A stretch of DNA of 63,918 nucleotides, the filler included, from Thraustochytrium aureum (Eukaryota): the NCBI GenBank assembly GCA_012862495.1. It is 7 parts of 4 records of this genome, joined end to end, with 100 filler letters (N's around TTAATTAATTAA, not from the genome) between each part and the next. Parts side by side here need not be neighbours in the genome. Positions count along the whole stretch, not along the records: positions 44,576 to 55,858 come from BLSG01000337.1; positions 55,959 to 59,765 come from BLSG01000337.1; 5 more parts are not named here. The stretch is one strand, 5' to 3'. Of the stretch, positions 44,578-55,959 are shown piece after piece. The position numbers and the translations under genes were made by a program. The first letter of the stretch is position 1, and every line of letters begins with the position of its first letter. The notes under the pieces were generated by a model, which had not been told where the DNA came from, did not search any database, and worked only from the letters and a program-made list of their open reading frames with translations.

Positions 44578-47500
44578 CCGGACAACGACTCGTGCGAGCA
44601 CGACATCGAACTGACGACCAAGCACGTCGAGTCGATCAGACTCGGCAAATTCCTCTACAGCCCCAACCTGGTGGACGAGCTCTGCACGTTGGGCAACAAA
44701 TTGCGCAACGTAGACCGCTACGTCCAGAGCGAGGGCGAGCCGCGCATCGAGCCCCGCATGACCCGCGCGCTCCTCGGAGACCTGGAGGACTTTTTGGAAG
44801 TATGGCAGCGGTTTGAAGACAACCTGCTCGACCTCCGCGCAAGACTAGAGTTTGACAATGACTCGATACTGACCGACCCGTCTGCAGACCTTCAGGAGAG
44901 CGCGCTGCGCTGGGCGCTCTCCGCTGCTGTCAAGGTTTTGTGCCCCGACTACTACAGCAAGCTCCGGCGTCTCAAGGCCGGCGGGGAGACCCACATCTGC
45001 GTCCCGCGCATCAAGCTTCCGGCCGCCATGGAGCGCAACCTGCGCGCGCGGCAGGCGGGTAGCCTGTTCAACGCCTCGCTCGAGCTCGCCAACGAGCTCA
45101 CCGACGTCTATGTGGCTGTCAGGCTCGTGGAGGTCGGCCGCTTGGACCTCTTCTACGTGTCGATCGCAGCGCTTTCAGTCACCCTCCTTGGGCGGCTCGG
45201 CCTGGGACTGCGCGACGCCGGCCAGGTCGACTGGCGCGACCCAAAAAGGCGAGGCGATACCTGCTGGGCCTCCTTGTGGTCGGCATCGAGCCCAACTACG
45301 GCCTGCAGAGCCTGATCAAGCCGTCGCTGAAGCAGCGTGAGGCCCTGCCGCGCAATGTCGTCGGCGGGAGCCAGGTCCCCCAGGACGAGGTCACCGAGGA
45401 GGCGCGTCGCCAGTTCCAAAACACAAAGGTCGACGTCCTGCAGTCATGTCTCGCTGTCGTTGCCGAGGATGTGCCGCAGCTCATCATCCAAATCATTTAC
45501 TTTGTCGTGCTCAAGGAGGGCAGCGACCTCGATTACGCCTTTGTGATCGCCATGGCGTCCACCGTGGTGCACATGCTCAACGAGATCTTCAAGCTCCTCG
45601 CGCTCTACAAGGACCTGCCCGTCATTCGCACAATCATCGACGCCCGCAACCTGATATTTGACAGCTCCAAAGACCACCTTCCGAGCGAGCTCGAAAAACA
45701 GCGCCTTCCGCACCACGACCACGACCCGGAACTAGCGCGTGACAAGGACGAGGAGCTAGACGTGGTGATGGAGGAGGAAGAGGACGACGGCAGCGGGCGC
45801 CAAATCGGCGTAGGCCATGCAACGGCAGCTGCAGCCCCAAAGCCCGGCGGGGCGCGCACCTCCCCAGAGTCGCCAAGCGGTAAAACAGCCACCTCGCAGC
45901 CGCGGAACCGCTCAATCAAAGACGTCGTCGAAGCGTACTTGCGCCAGCCACCTGCCGAGCGGAGCGCGGGCAAGCGCTCCGTGATCCCATCAAGCCAATC
46001 TCGCGAGGCGTACATGGACTTTGATCGCCGCCTTCGCCCTGCTCTCGTGAAAGACGACAAGTTTTACCACGTCGTGCAGCGCGCCAGGCTCGACAAGGAC
46101 GCGACCAAGCGAACGCTCCGCCAGGTCCGCGGGCCCGCCAATGGGCTCGCCCGCCGCATCCTCTACCCGGTGCTTGACCGCATGGACCCCAACCGCGTCC
46201 TCAGNNNNNNNNNNNNNNNNNNNNNNNNNNNNNNNNNNNNNNNNNNNNNNNNNNNNNNNNNNNNNNNNNNNNNNNNNNNNNNNNNNNNNNNNNNNNNNNN
46301 NNNNNNNNNNNNNNNNNNNNNNNNNNNNNNNNNNNNNNNNNNNNNNNNNNNNNNNNNNNNNNNNNNNNNNNNNNNNNNNNNNNNNNNNNNNNNNNNNNNN
46401 NNNNNNNNNNNNNNNNNNNNNNNNNNNNNNNNNNNNNNNNNNNNNNNNNNNNNNNNNNNNNNNNNNNNNNNNNNNNNNNNNNNNNNNNNNNNNNNNNNNN
46501 NNNNNNNNNNNNNNNNNNNNNNNNNNNNNNNNNNNNNNNNNNNNNNNNNNNNNNNNNNNNNNNNNNNNNNNNNNNNNNNNNNNNNNNNNNNNNNNNNNNN
46601 NNNNNNNNNNNNNNNNNNNNNNNNNNNNNNNNNNNNNNNNNNNNNNNNNNNNNNNNNNNNNNNNNNNNNNNNNNNNNNNNNNNNNNNNNNNNNNNNNNNN
46701 NNNNNNNNNNNNNNNNNNNNNNNNNNNNNNNNNNNNNNNNNNNNNNNNNNNNNNNNNNNNNNNNNNNNNNNNNNNNNNNNNNNNNNNNNNNNNNNNNNNN
46801 NNNNNNNNNNNNNNNNNNNNNNNNNNNNNNNNNNNNNNNNNNNNNNNNNNNNNNNNNNNNNNNNNNNNNNNNNNNNNNNNNNNNNNNNNNNNNNNNNNNN
46901 NNNNNNNNNNNNGAGTACCGGAGGGAGGTCGACGGCGCCAACCGGGCCGCGCCGGCCGCGCGTAGGGCACTAGAAGCCCTCTCGCGCGCGTCAGGCTACA
47001 CTGCCGAGGAGCGCCAGGACTGGGAAGCGCGCTACGCCGAGCTCGACCGGGAGAGCACGCACAACCTTCTGCAGGTATTTGAACGGCACCTCGCCGGCCT
47101 CCGAGACAGAGCCTCGCGCTCTGTTCTCGACGAGTCTGTCTCGCTCTTCGGCGAGCTCTCGCGCCGCGTTTCTGGGTTTGCTTTTGGCGCCGACGCTTCT
47201 GATGGCGCCCCGGCCAGTCCCGGGCACGCGCGGCGTTCCACGCGCAACCTCAAGGCCGGTCACGAGGTCAAGCCCTGGCTTCTCTTCCCTTTCCCGAGCC
47301 TCGCGCCTTTCGGCGTGGCCTCCACGCAAGACATCAACCTGCGGATCAGCTTGCAAACCCAGTCGTACGAGTTTGTGGTGGCAGCCCAGTTCCGCTCGCA
47401 GTTCAGCGCCCCGCACACAAAGGCGCGCGGCCACAACGCGCTTCGCGGGGCCCTTTCGCCGCTCACGAAGATCAGCCTGTCTATCAGCGCGCTAGCGCCG

Positions 47501-48010
47501 CGGTCCGCCGCAGCGCAGTTTATGTCTTCTGAGACGCGCCAGCGCCTCTACATCCCGCCCGGCACGGTCTACTACTGTTTTGCGTACCCCATCGTGGGGG
47601 CGCGCTCTGACTTTCGCTTCCACGAGCGGCTTGGCCACGACGACACGGCACTCCGGCTCGTCACGTTTGGGGGCTTCCTCTACTTTGACGCCAACAAGAG
47701 CTTTCTCAGCGCGTCCGCGGTTACCGTGGGCAACACGTTCAGCTTCAATGGCCCCTTCACGCTGCCAGAGTCGGCGGTCTCGCGCCTCGAGTCGCAGTCT
47801 CGCTGGCAACGCGTGAGCCGAACCAATGCAACGAGGCACGTCGAGTACGCCTTTGTGTTTCCAAACGAGGCGCGCATCGGCGCCGCTGAGCACCACAACC
47901 GGCACGGGGGATTCGTTTACCGCGAGGAGGGCCAGGGCACGGGCTACCTTTTCACGCTGGCGCCGCTCGTCGACGTGGTTTTGGATCCAGCGCACGCCGA
48001 GCTCTGGTGA
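44578..48010 (+). CDS. Large uncharacterised membrane protein with an XK-related-like EDxPQ TM module and an unknown C-terminal globular domain (5'-partial; gap 46205-46912; frameshift ~45245)
   Basis: Frame open from 44578; TMs ...LAVVAEDVPQLIIQIIYFV...FVIAMASTVVHML; frame after the gap is open from 46913 to the stop at 48010. Joining across the gap is assumed. Confidence 0.6.
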
Positions 48011-48106
48011 ACGAGCAAACATTGTGTTGAGCACGTCGGAACGGCAGGCGGGGGCTTGTCGGACCCTGCCACTGCAACAGCTACTAGTGATTACTAAAGA
48101 TACGAT

Positions 48107-49624
48107 TTACTTACAGTGCCCTTCCCGCGCGCTTGCGCCGGTCGCGCCTGCTCGAAAGGCTCGTTGAACGGCCCGGCGGACAACTTCCTTGAGCGCGCCG
48201 TGGTCGTGTTGCACGTTGACACAGTAGGCCCACGAGACGCCAAGGGTCGCTTCTACCTGGACGCTGGCGCCGTACGAGCCGTCCTGACCAAACCCCAAGT
48301 ACCGAGCCTTTGCGACGGCGCGGCTAAACGCCATTCCAGAGCACATGTCGGGCTGGTCCACGGCTGTCACGTTCCATCCAAACCCGTGCCACGACGTCGA
48401 GCCAGCTTGAGTGTGGCGATCCGCGTCCCTTCCGAGCATCTCGGCAGCAGCGCTTGGTTCAAGGATCGGGTCCTTTTCCAAACCAGCAGCCGCGCCAAGG
48501 ACTGCGTCGCCGAGCAGCGCGAGGTGGCGCGCAGATCCGCGCCACCCGCCGCCCCCGTCCATACCCAGGTTTTTGTCGCTGCCCCGCGCCGTGGCCGCCA
48601 AATGCATCCGATAAAGAGCAGGGCCCGATTCAGGCTCGCATGTTGGCGACTGTGGCCGAGTTGGCGTCCACATTGTGGCCTCGTCTGGCCGTTGCCGATA
48701 GTTTGCCGCGACGCTCGGTATCCAGCTTTGCGGCTCCGCTCGCAGGCCTCGCAGCGCCCGGTGCCACACTTTGGCTTGGACAAGTTGCTCGAACTGGACC
48801 CCCGCCACAGCCTCTACCACGCGAGCCAAAAGGTTGTAGCCGACATTGCAGTACTCGTATGCCAAACCTGGTTCCCTGACGAGGCGCACGTGGAGCAAGA
48901 AATCGAGAGCTTTCTGAACTGGGCGAAGGACCGTCGCCTCGTGGCCGAAGCCGCTTCCGTCGCTAAACCCGCAAGTATGGGCCAGGCAGTCGCGCACAGT
49001 AATGCGGTTGACGCGTGCATCAGATGGCGCCTGGAGAGCGTCGCTTCCAGTTGTGGCGCGCAGAGTGTCGAGAATGCAGTCCTCGAGGTCCAGCTTGTTG
49101 GCCTGGACAAGTTGCATTGTCACGACAGCTGTGAGGGCTTTGCTCACGCTAGCGTAGTGAAACTGGTGGTGCGGCTCTGCGCGGACCCCTCGCACGGGGT
49201 CGCTCAGTCCGAGCGCGACGTCAAAGACAAGTTTCCCGTTGCGTGCCACGGCGACCTGGAGGCCTCCTGGCAGGCCGCTCTCGCGCAGGTACTCCTCGAG
49301 CGCTAGGCGCAGTTTGCCGCCCCATCCCCTCGCGCCGTGCTCTGCGGAGATTTTGTCTGACCCGCTCCAAGGTACGTGGTGCCACACGGCGCTGGGCAAG
49401 CAGTCCTGCTGCAGCTCCAGCCTTTCCGTGTGCGCGAGGGGAAAGGCCTGGCTCCAGTATGGCATGTTCCGCTGGAGCTCTTCTTTGGCGCGCTCCTCGT
49501 CGACAGCTTTAAACACAGCCACCACGCGCCCTTGCACGCCATCTTTCACCTCGCGCTCGCCGCTGCCCGCGTGTTTGGCGCGAACAACGTCAAAGCCCGG
49601 CGCACAACTGGATACGGCAGCGCC
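48107..49624 (-). CDS. Beta-lactamase/class C-like serine hydrolase (5' part in or beyond gap)
   Basis: SxxK (YASVSKALT), LAHTCG, YxN (YEYCNVGYNLL), GGGGWRGSARHLA. Confidence 0.82.
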   Translation of the reverse strand, partial: GAAVSSCAPGFDVVRAKHAGSGEREVKDGVQGRVVAVFKAVDEERAKEELQRNMPYWSQAFPLAHTERLELQQDCLPSAVWHHVPWSGSDKISAEHGARGWGGKLRLALEEYLRESGLPGGLQVAVARNGKLVFDVALGLSDPVRGVRAEPHHQFHYASVSKALTAVVTMQLVQANKLDLEDCILDTLRATTGSDALQAPSDARVNRITVRDCLAHTCGFSDGSGFGHEATVLRPVQKALDFLLHVRLVREPGLAYEYCNVGYNLLARVVEAVAGVQFEQLVQAKVWHRALRGLRAEPQSWIPSVAANYRQRPDEATMWTPTRPQSPTCEPESGPALYRMHLAATARGSDKNLGMDGGGGWRGSARHLALLGDAVLGAAAGLEKDPILEPSAAAEMLGRDADRHTQAGSTSWHGFGWNVTAVDQPDMCSGMAFSRAVAKARYLGFGQDGSYGASVQVEATLGVSWAYCVNVQHDHGALKEVVRRAVQRAFRAGATGASAREGHCK

Positions 49625-50242
49625 CNNNNNNNNNNNNNNNNNNNNNNNNNNNNNNNNNNNNNNNNNNNNNNNNNNNNNNNNNNNNNNNNNNNNNNNNNNN
49701 NNNNNNNNNNNNNNNNNNNNNNNNNNNNNNNNNNNNNNNNNNNNNNNNNNNNNNNNNNNNNNNNNNNNNNNNNNNNNNNNNNNNNNNNNNNNNNNNNNNN
49801 NNNNNNNNNNNNNNNNNNNNNNNNNNNNNNNNNNNNNNNNNNNNNNNNNNNNNNNNNNNNNNNNNNNNNNNNNNNNNNNNNNNNNNNNNNNNNNNNNNNN
49901 NNNNNNNNNNNNNNNNNNNNNNNNNNNGGATCCCCGGGCGCCGGGCGCTCGTTCCCGGCGCTCCTTCGTGGCCCCAGCCACCCGCTTTGCAGGCCCTCGT
50001 GCGCCGCAGGCGGCCAGGCCAGCCCACTCCGCGCTGGGCCCCTCAACTCGATGCACGACCTGCAACGGATCAATTCCACTTCTGTGCGTGCCGATGTGGA
50101 TGGTCTGGGCTGGCGCGCCCTCGCCGTCTTTGCGAGGCGTCCAAGCCGTCCCGCGGGCTCGCAGACTGGCGCGCCATCCATGCCAGCTGGTCGACGCGCG
50201 TGCGAAGGAGCTGCGAGGCGGCGCAGCCGTCGCCGAGACGAT

Positions 50243-50277
50243 GTTGTTGTTGTTGTTGTCGGTTGTTGTTGTTGTTG
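50243..50277. repeat. (GTT)n microsatellite, interrupted
   Basis: gttgttgttgttgttgtcggttgttgttgttgttg. Confidence 0.8.
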
Positions 50278-51151
50278 GCTGCGCGAGGCGTTCACCTTTC
50301 CGCCCGAGGACCAGCTCTGCGCGCTCGTTCTGCTCTGCGGCACCGCAGGTCGTGGCCTCCCACGACGTGACCATCGCGTGGAGCGCTTGCGCGCCTCGGC
50401 GGCGCAGTTCGTCGCAACTCGTCGGGCACGGACGGTTTCGCGCCGCCTTTGGAACGGAGTTGCGCAGCAGAGTAGCGCAAGGGGTAGAGTTCTGTACCTC
50501 TCTCTCGAGAGTAGAGCGAGCTCTAGAGCTGGAGGCGCCAAGGATGCACCTGGGCGGCGAGCGGCTTGCACAAGTACTTAGCATGAGCCACGAGGCGATG
50601 CCTCGAGTGCGTGGTCCTGCAATTGGCAGGGCACCAAAATCGCTCGCGCTGCGCTTCAACTGGTCGCGAACTTGACGCGGCCAGGCCGTCACCGGGCGAG
50701 CACATTCGAGCCTCGCCCCGCCAAGATGGCCAGCTGATTATCGATGATGAGGATGGATGGATTATGGTTCGAGGAGTTGCTGGGAGGGAAGCATGGACTG
50801 CAGCCTGACCAGACGGGGCCATCTCTGCGCGCGACAGAAGCCGTGCTGAAGAGCCCCCATACCAGCCCCATAGGAACCGGACTGACAACCAAAAGCCTGA
50901 AAACGGCGAAGAGCCTGACGAATAATGCATCTTGAAAACGTCCGAGTCCGTGACAAACGCGTTCACGATCACCCGCGGATCGAAATAGTTCGCCAAGCCA
51001 GCCTTCAAGCGAGCTCTTGGTGCAGCAGCCCGACGCAGCCTGCTTGCCCCAGCCACCCGTGGCCTCGATCGCGAGGAGCACTACTCTCCCTACGCAGGCG
51101 AGCGAGCAAGCGACACGGATGACCTCATGCCTGCGCCGGGTGCGTTCGGGT

Positions 51152-51193
51152 AAATAAAGAGGCGCGTCGGGGAAATAAAGAGGCGCGTCGGGG
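51152..51193. repeat. Perfect 21-bp tandem duplication upstream of the ArfGAP gene
   Basis: aaataaagaggcgcgtcgggg x2. Confidence 0.85.
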
Positions 51194-51439
51194 AAAGTTA
51201 GAGAGGCAAGAACAGAGGCAGTTGAGAAGAAGCTGCGGAGTCAGCAGAGCCGAGACGGGCGCAGGCTCCACGCGAAGGGCTCCGCGTGAAGGCTCCGAGG
51301 AAGCGCAGCGCAGTGGGGAAGATAGAGGCGTCGGCGCAGGCCGCGGGTTTGGGTTGGGCGCCAGGCTGCAAGGGGCCCAGAAAGTGCTGGGTCGAGGCTC
51401 GTGGCAGACGGACGGCGCAGACGCGCCGAGGCGGACGGG

Positions 51440-53009
51440 ATGGACGACGACAAGAATTTGAAGCTGATCAGGACGCTGCAGAGAGATTCCAAGGCGAATA
51501 AACTATGCTTTGAATGCAGGGACCGCGGGCCTAGCTATCTGGCTTTTCCGATGACCGGGGCCGGGCCTGAGCTCATGCCAACCTTCGTGTGCGTGACGTG
51601 CGCCGGGCTGCTGCGCGACTTCAACTACCGCGTGAAAGGCATCAGCATGAGCACGTTCACTGCGGAGGAGATGGACAAGGTCAAGACCGGCGGCAACTCG
51701 CGCGCTGCCAAGCTCTGGCTCGCAAAGATGAAGCCCGACGCCACCGACGAACTGCCCGCACCCGGCCAAACCGAGCACATCCGCCGCTACCTCCGCAAAA
51801 AGTACCAGGACAAGCGCTGGTACCGCGACCCAAGCAAAAAAGAAAAAGGAGGCAGCGCCAAAGGCAAAGGCAGAGTCAACGGACGACTCGGACTCTTCCT
51901 CCAGCTCCTCGGACGACACAGAACGTCGGCGCCGCGCCGCGAAAAAGGCTCTCAAAGACGCCAAGAAGGAGGGAAAGAAGCTCAAGAAAAAGAAGGACAN
52001 NNNNNNNNNNNNNNNNNNNNNNNNNNNNNNNNNNNNNNNNNNNNNNNNNNNNNNNNNNNNNNNNNNNNNNNNNNNNNNNNNNNNNNNNNNNNNNNNNNNN
52101 NNNNNNNNNNNNNNNNNNNNNNNNNNNNNNNNNNNNNNNNNNNNNNNNNNNNNNNNNNNNNNNNNNNNNNNNNNNNNNNNNNNNNNNNNNNNNNNNNNNN
52201 NNNNNNNNNNNNNNNNNNNNNNNNNNNNNNNNNNNNNNNNNNNNNNNNNNNNNNNNNNNNNNNNNNNNNNNNNNNNNNNNNNNNNNNNNNNNNNNNNNNN
52301 NNNNNNNNNNNNNNNNNNNNNNNNNNNNNNNNNNNNNNNNNNNNNNNNNNNNNNNNNNNNNNNNNNNNNNNNNNNNNNNNNNNNNNNNNNNNNNNNNNNN
52401 NNNNNNNNNNNNNNNNNNNNNNNNNNNNNNNNNNNNNNNNNNNNNNNNNNNNNNNNNNNNNNNNNNNNNNNNNNNNNNNNNNNNNNNNNNNNNNNNNNNN
52501 NNNNNNNNNNNNNNNNNNNNNNNNNNNNNNNNNNNNNNNNNNNNNNNNNNNNNNNNNNNNNNNNNNNNNNNNNNNNNNNNNNNNNNNNNNNNNNNNNNNN
52601 NNNNNNNNNNNNNNNNNNNNNNNNNNNNNNNNNNNNNNNNNNNNNNNNNNNNNNNNNNNNNNNNNNNNNNNNNNNNNNNNNNNNNNNNNNNNNNNNNNNN
52701 NNNNNNNNNCATAACCATCAATTCGCTCAGAACCCTGGACAAGGCCAGGCCTACGGTGGGATGCAGCAGCCGCCACCGATGCAGCACCAACAGCAGCCTC
52801 CGCATGGCGCTATGCAACAGCCACCACCGATGCAGCACCAACAGCAGACTCCTTATGGCGCTATGCCCCAGCAGCAACAGGTGCACATGAATCAGGCGTT
52901 TGGCGCAATGGGCGCGATGCATCCTCCGTCTTCAGCCCAACCGTTGCAGCAGCAGCAGCAGCAGGCAGTGCCGGCAGCGGACGACTCGAACCCGTTTGAT
53001 TTGTTCTAA
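51440..53009 (+). CDS. AGFG/AGD14-type ArfGAP with Q/P/M-rich tail and terminal NPF motif (gap 52000-52709; frameshift ~51840-51870)
   Basis: NKLCFEC...TFVCVTCAGLLRDFNYRVKGISMSTFTAEE...GGN..A.KLWL...YLRKKYQDKRWY; C-terminus SNPFDLF*. Confidence 0.85.
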
Positions 53010-53598
53010 CTCAACCCTTGAGGCGGGGGAAGTCGTATCAGAACACGCGATCATCACGAAAAAAGTCACGGAAAAAACAGGCTCTTCTCTTCAATCAAGA
53101 GCAGCAACGGCGCAATGGTCTGCTCGAGTTTTCATCACTTTTAAAATCCCACCAGTTCGTGCCTATCGACACCCATCTCAGTCAGTGGCTTGCCCCGCCC
53201 ACGGCTTGATGTCAGGCTTGGCGAAAACGTCCGAAGGCTTGTGTCTACTTACAGAATCGGCCATCCTTGTACTCGATTTGCCGGCGAGGGGCAGAAAAGC
53301 CGCACGATCTTGGCGTTCCACCTGAAATCCGCAAGCAGCCAAAGCCGCGTCTTGGGTCCACCCGACCAGAGCACAGCGGCCCAACCATGCCTCTTGGTGT
53401 CGAGCTCTGCGTCGTCTCAATGCCGCGGGCGCCAACCGAAACCAACGTTTTTTCCACTTGCAAGTTCATAAGGAATGGCCTCATTCGCTCGCTCCAGCTC
53501 AAGGGCAGCGTTCCGGTCTCGGGGGGTTTCTGCGATGCCACGTTTCTGTCGGGATAAAATCTCTTTCTTTTCTCATCTTTTCAATTCTCTTGCAGCGC

Positions 53599-55858
53599 TC
53601 ATTCCTCGTCGGAGGACGACTCAATCGCAAAGTCCTCCACGACGTCGCCAGAGTCCTCGACTTTGTCGGTGCTGACGCGTGCCGCTCGAGCTTTTGCCGG
53701 TTTGGCCTTCCGCTGTTTCTTCTTCGGCGGTGTCGGCTCGTCGTCATCTTCGTCGTCGTCGCCACCCTCCCCGTCCTCCGCGTCCTCCTCCTCCTCGTCG
53801 TCGTCATCTTGTTCCTCGTCATCTTGCTCCTCATCGCCTTCGTCATCTTCTCCATCATCTTGGTCTTCCTCGTCAAGATTGTGCACATCGGGGTCCTGGA
53901 GCGCTGCCTCGCGAGCCTCCTCGTCTTGCTTGGCTCGGAATTCGTCCTCCTCCTTGGTGAGAAATTGGTTCATGCGATCCACGTTTGCGGGGTTGAACTG
54001 TGCGTTGGGCCGCTTCGACTTGGTCTCAGCGGCCCAGGACTCGAGCTGGTTGAGGAGCGAGCGCGACTCGCTGCGCCATTTGGTCACTCGTGTCTTGCGG
54101 GAAAAGCTCCGAAGAGCAGTCGCGACGGGGAGCACAAGCTCGGGGTACGAGATCGAGAAGCGGTACACCTCCATGTACGCGCGGAGCTGCTCTAGCGCGC
54201 GCAGCACGATGGCCTGCTGGCAGTGCGGGTCGGCAAGCGCGCTCTTCCCCAGCTTGAGCGAGGCCGCAAGGTTGGGTGGCCTCGCCGTCGAGTCGCCGGG
54301 CTTGCGGCCGTGCAGCTCGGGCATGGCAAGCACGTCCATGAGAACCGGGGCGAGCGGGATGAAGTAGCGCGAGGCGCGCGCGAGCTTGAGAAGCACCGCC
54401 GTGCAGTGAAACCGCATGGGCAGGTTGCGCGAGGACGGCGCGAGGCGGATCGTGCCCCAGGATTACCTGCNNNNNNNNNNNNNNNNNNNNNNNNNNNNNN
54501 NNNNNNNNNNNNNNNNNNNNNNNNNNNNNNNNNNNNNNNNNNNNNNNNNNNNNNNNNNNNNNNNNNNNNNNNNNNNNNNNNNNNNNNNNNNNNNNNNNNN
54601 NNNNNNNNNNNNNATGAGCGAGCGCAGCTGCTGCTCGTCGGCTGTGAGGTTGCCCTGCTTGGTGTCCGCAACGGGCTTGCCGGGGTACGCCGACAGGACC
54701 GCCCCCCAGAGCCTCAAGCAGTGGAGATACTGCCAGCTGTAGACGCTCTGCGTGCTCTCTTGCGTCTTGGAGAGTATCGCGGCGCGCAAGTGCAACGCGA
54801 GCTGGCGCACGTAAACAAAGGCGAGCTCGTATGTAAAGCTCAGGTCGACGCCGAAGAGATCGACGAGACACCGCGCCTGGAAAGCGATGCGGGGCTGCTC
54901 ACGCACTGCGCTGGTCTTGGCTCCGCGCACAAACTCCAGGTACGTGGCCTTGAGCAGATCGCCGAGGTTGGACCGCCCGACCACGGCAAGGCGCTGGATG
55001 CAGAGGAAAGCCACGAGGCGGGTCGTCTCTGCAGTGGTTGTGCCGCCCCACACCGAGATCAAAAACTTGTTGTAGGCGCGTGGCAGTTTCCCCGGAAACG
55101 AGACAATGTACGGCACGTAGTTGATCACCATGCGCAGCAGGGTGACGCGAGCGTCGCTGTTCTTTGACTGTTGGAGCGCCCGCAAGAGGTCGGTCAGGAA
55201 CCTCTTCGCCAGGCGCTCGTAGCGCGCCCAGAGCTTGGCGGTCTTTGGCAGCTTTCCGCCCCCGTTCTTGCTAGAGGTGTCAATTCCGAGCTTGGCATCC
55301 AGCGCGCCGCACATGCCGCTGAGGGCCGACAGGACGACCCGGTCCTTGATCGCATCGCTCGGGATGCGGTAGTTGACCTCCTCCAACTTGCCCGGCTTGG
55401 CGCCTTCCGCTTTGTCGTGGGCATCTCCCTCAGCGTCCTTCGTGCACATGTGGAAGAGCGAGACCACCAGCTTGATCGACTTGCCTTCGTGCTCCTTGAA
55501 GGCCTTACGCTCCAGCTCGTTCCAAACCTTCGAGTTTACGACGGTCTTCTTCTCCTCAAGCTCCGCCGCAGCGGTAGCTTCATCATCGTCGCCTTGCTCG
55601 CTGCCTTCTTCCTCGCTGCCCTCGTCATCCTCGCTCCCCTCCCCAAAATCAAGGAGCTCCTTGCTCTCGCGGGCAAGAGAAGCGTAGAATTCGGGATCGC
55701 GTTCCTTGAGCTCGAGGAGCTCGCGCTTGTGCGCCGCAATTTCGTCCTCGTCGTCCTCGTCATCTTCGTCGTCGTCATCGTCTTCCTCTTTGTCGCTCTG
55801 ACCCTCGTCCTCGCCGTCCTTGCCCAGCCTTCTCGTCGCTGCTCTCGTCGCTTTCCTT
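53599..55858 (-). CDS. NOC2L: Nucleolar complex protein 2 (5'-truncated; gap 54471-54613)
   Basis: HKRELLELKERDPEFYASLARESKELLDF, YELAFVYVRQLALHLR, VYSWQYLHCLRLW, PMRFHC, FIPLAP, SISYPEL; acidic tail. Confidence 0.92.
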
Positions 55859-55958
55859 NNNNNNNNNNNNNNNNNNNNNNNNNNNNNNNNNNNNNNNNNN
55901 NNTTAATTAATTAANNNNNNNNNNNNNNNNNNNNNNNNNNNNNNNNNNNNNNNNNNNN
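55859..55958. other. Artificial scaffold linker
   Basis: TTAATTAATTAA at 55903-55914. Confidence 0.95.
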
Positions 55959-55959
55959 C

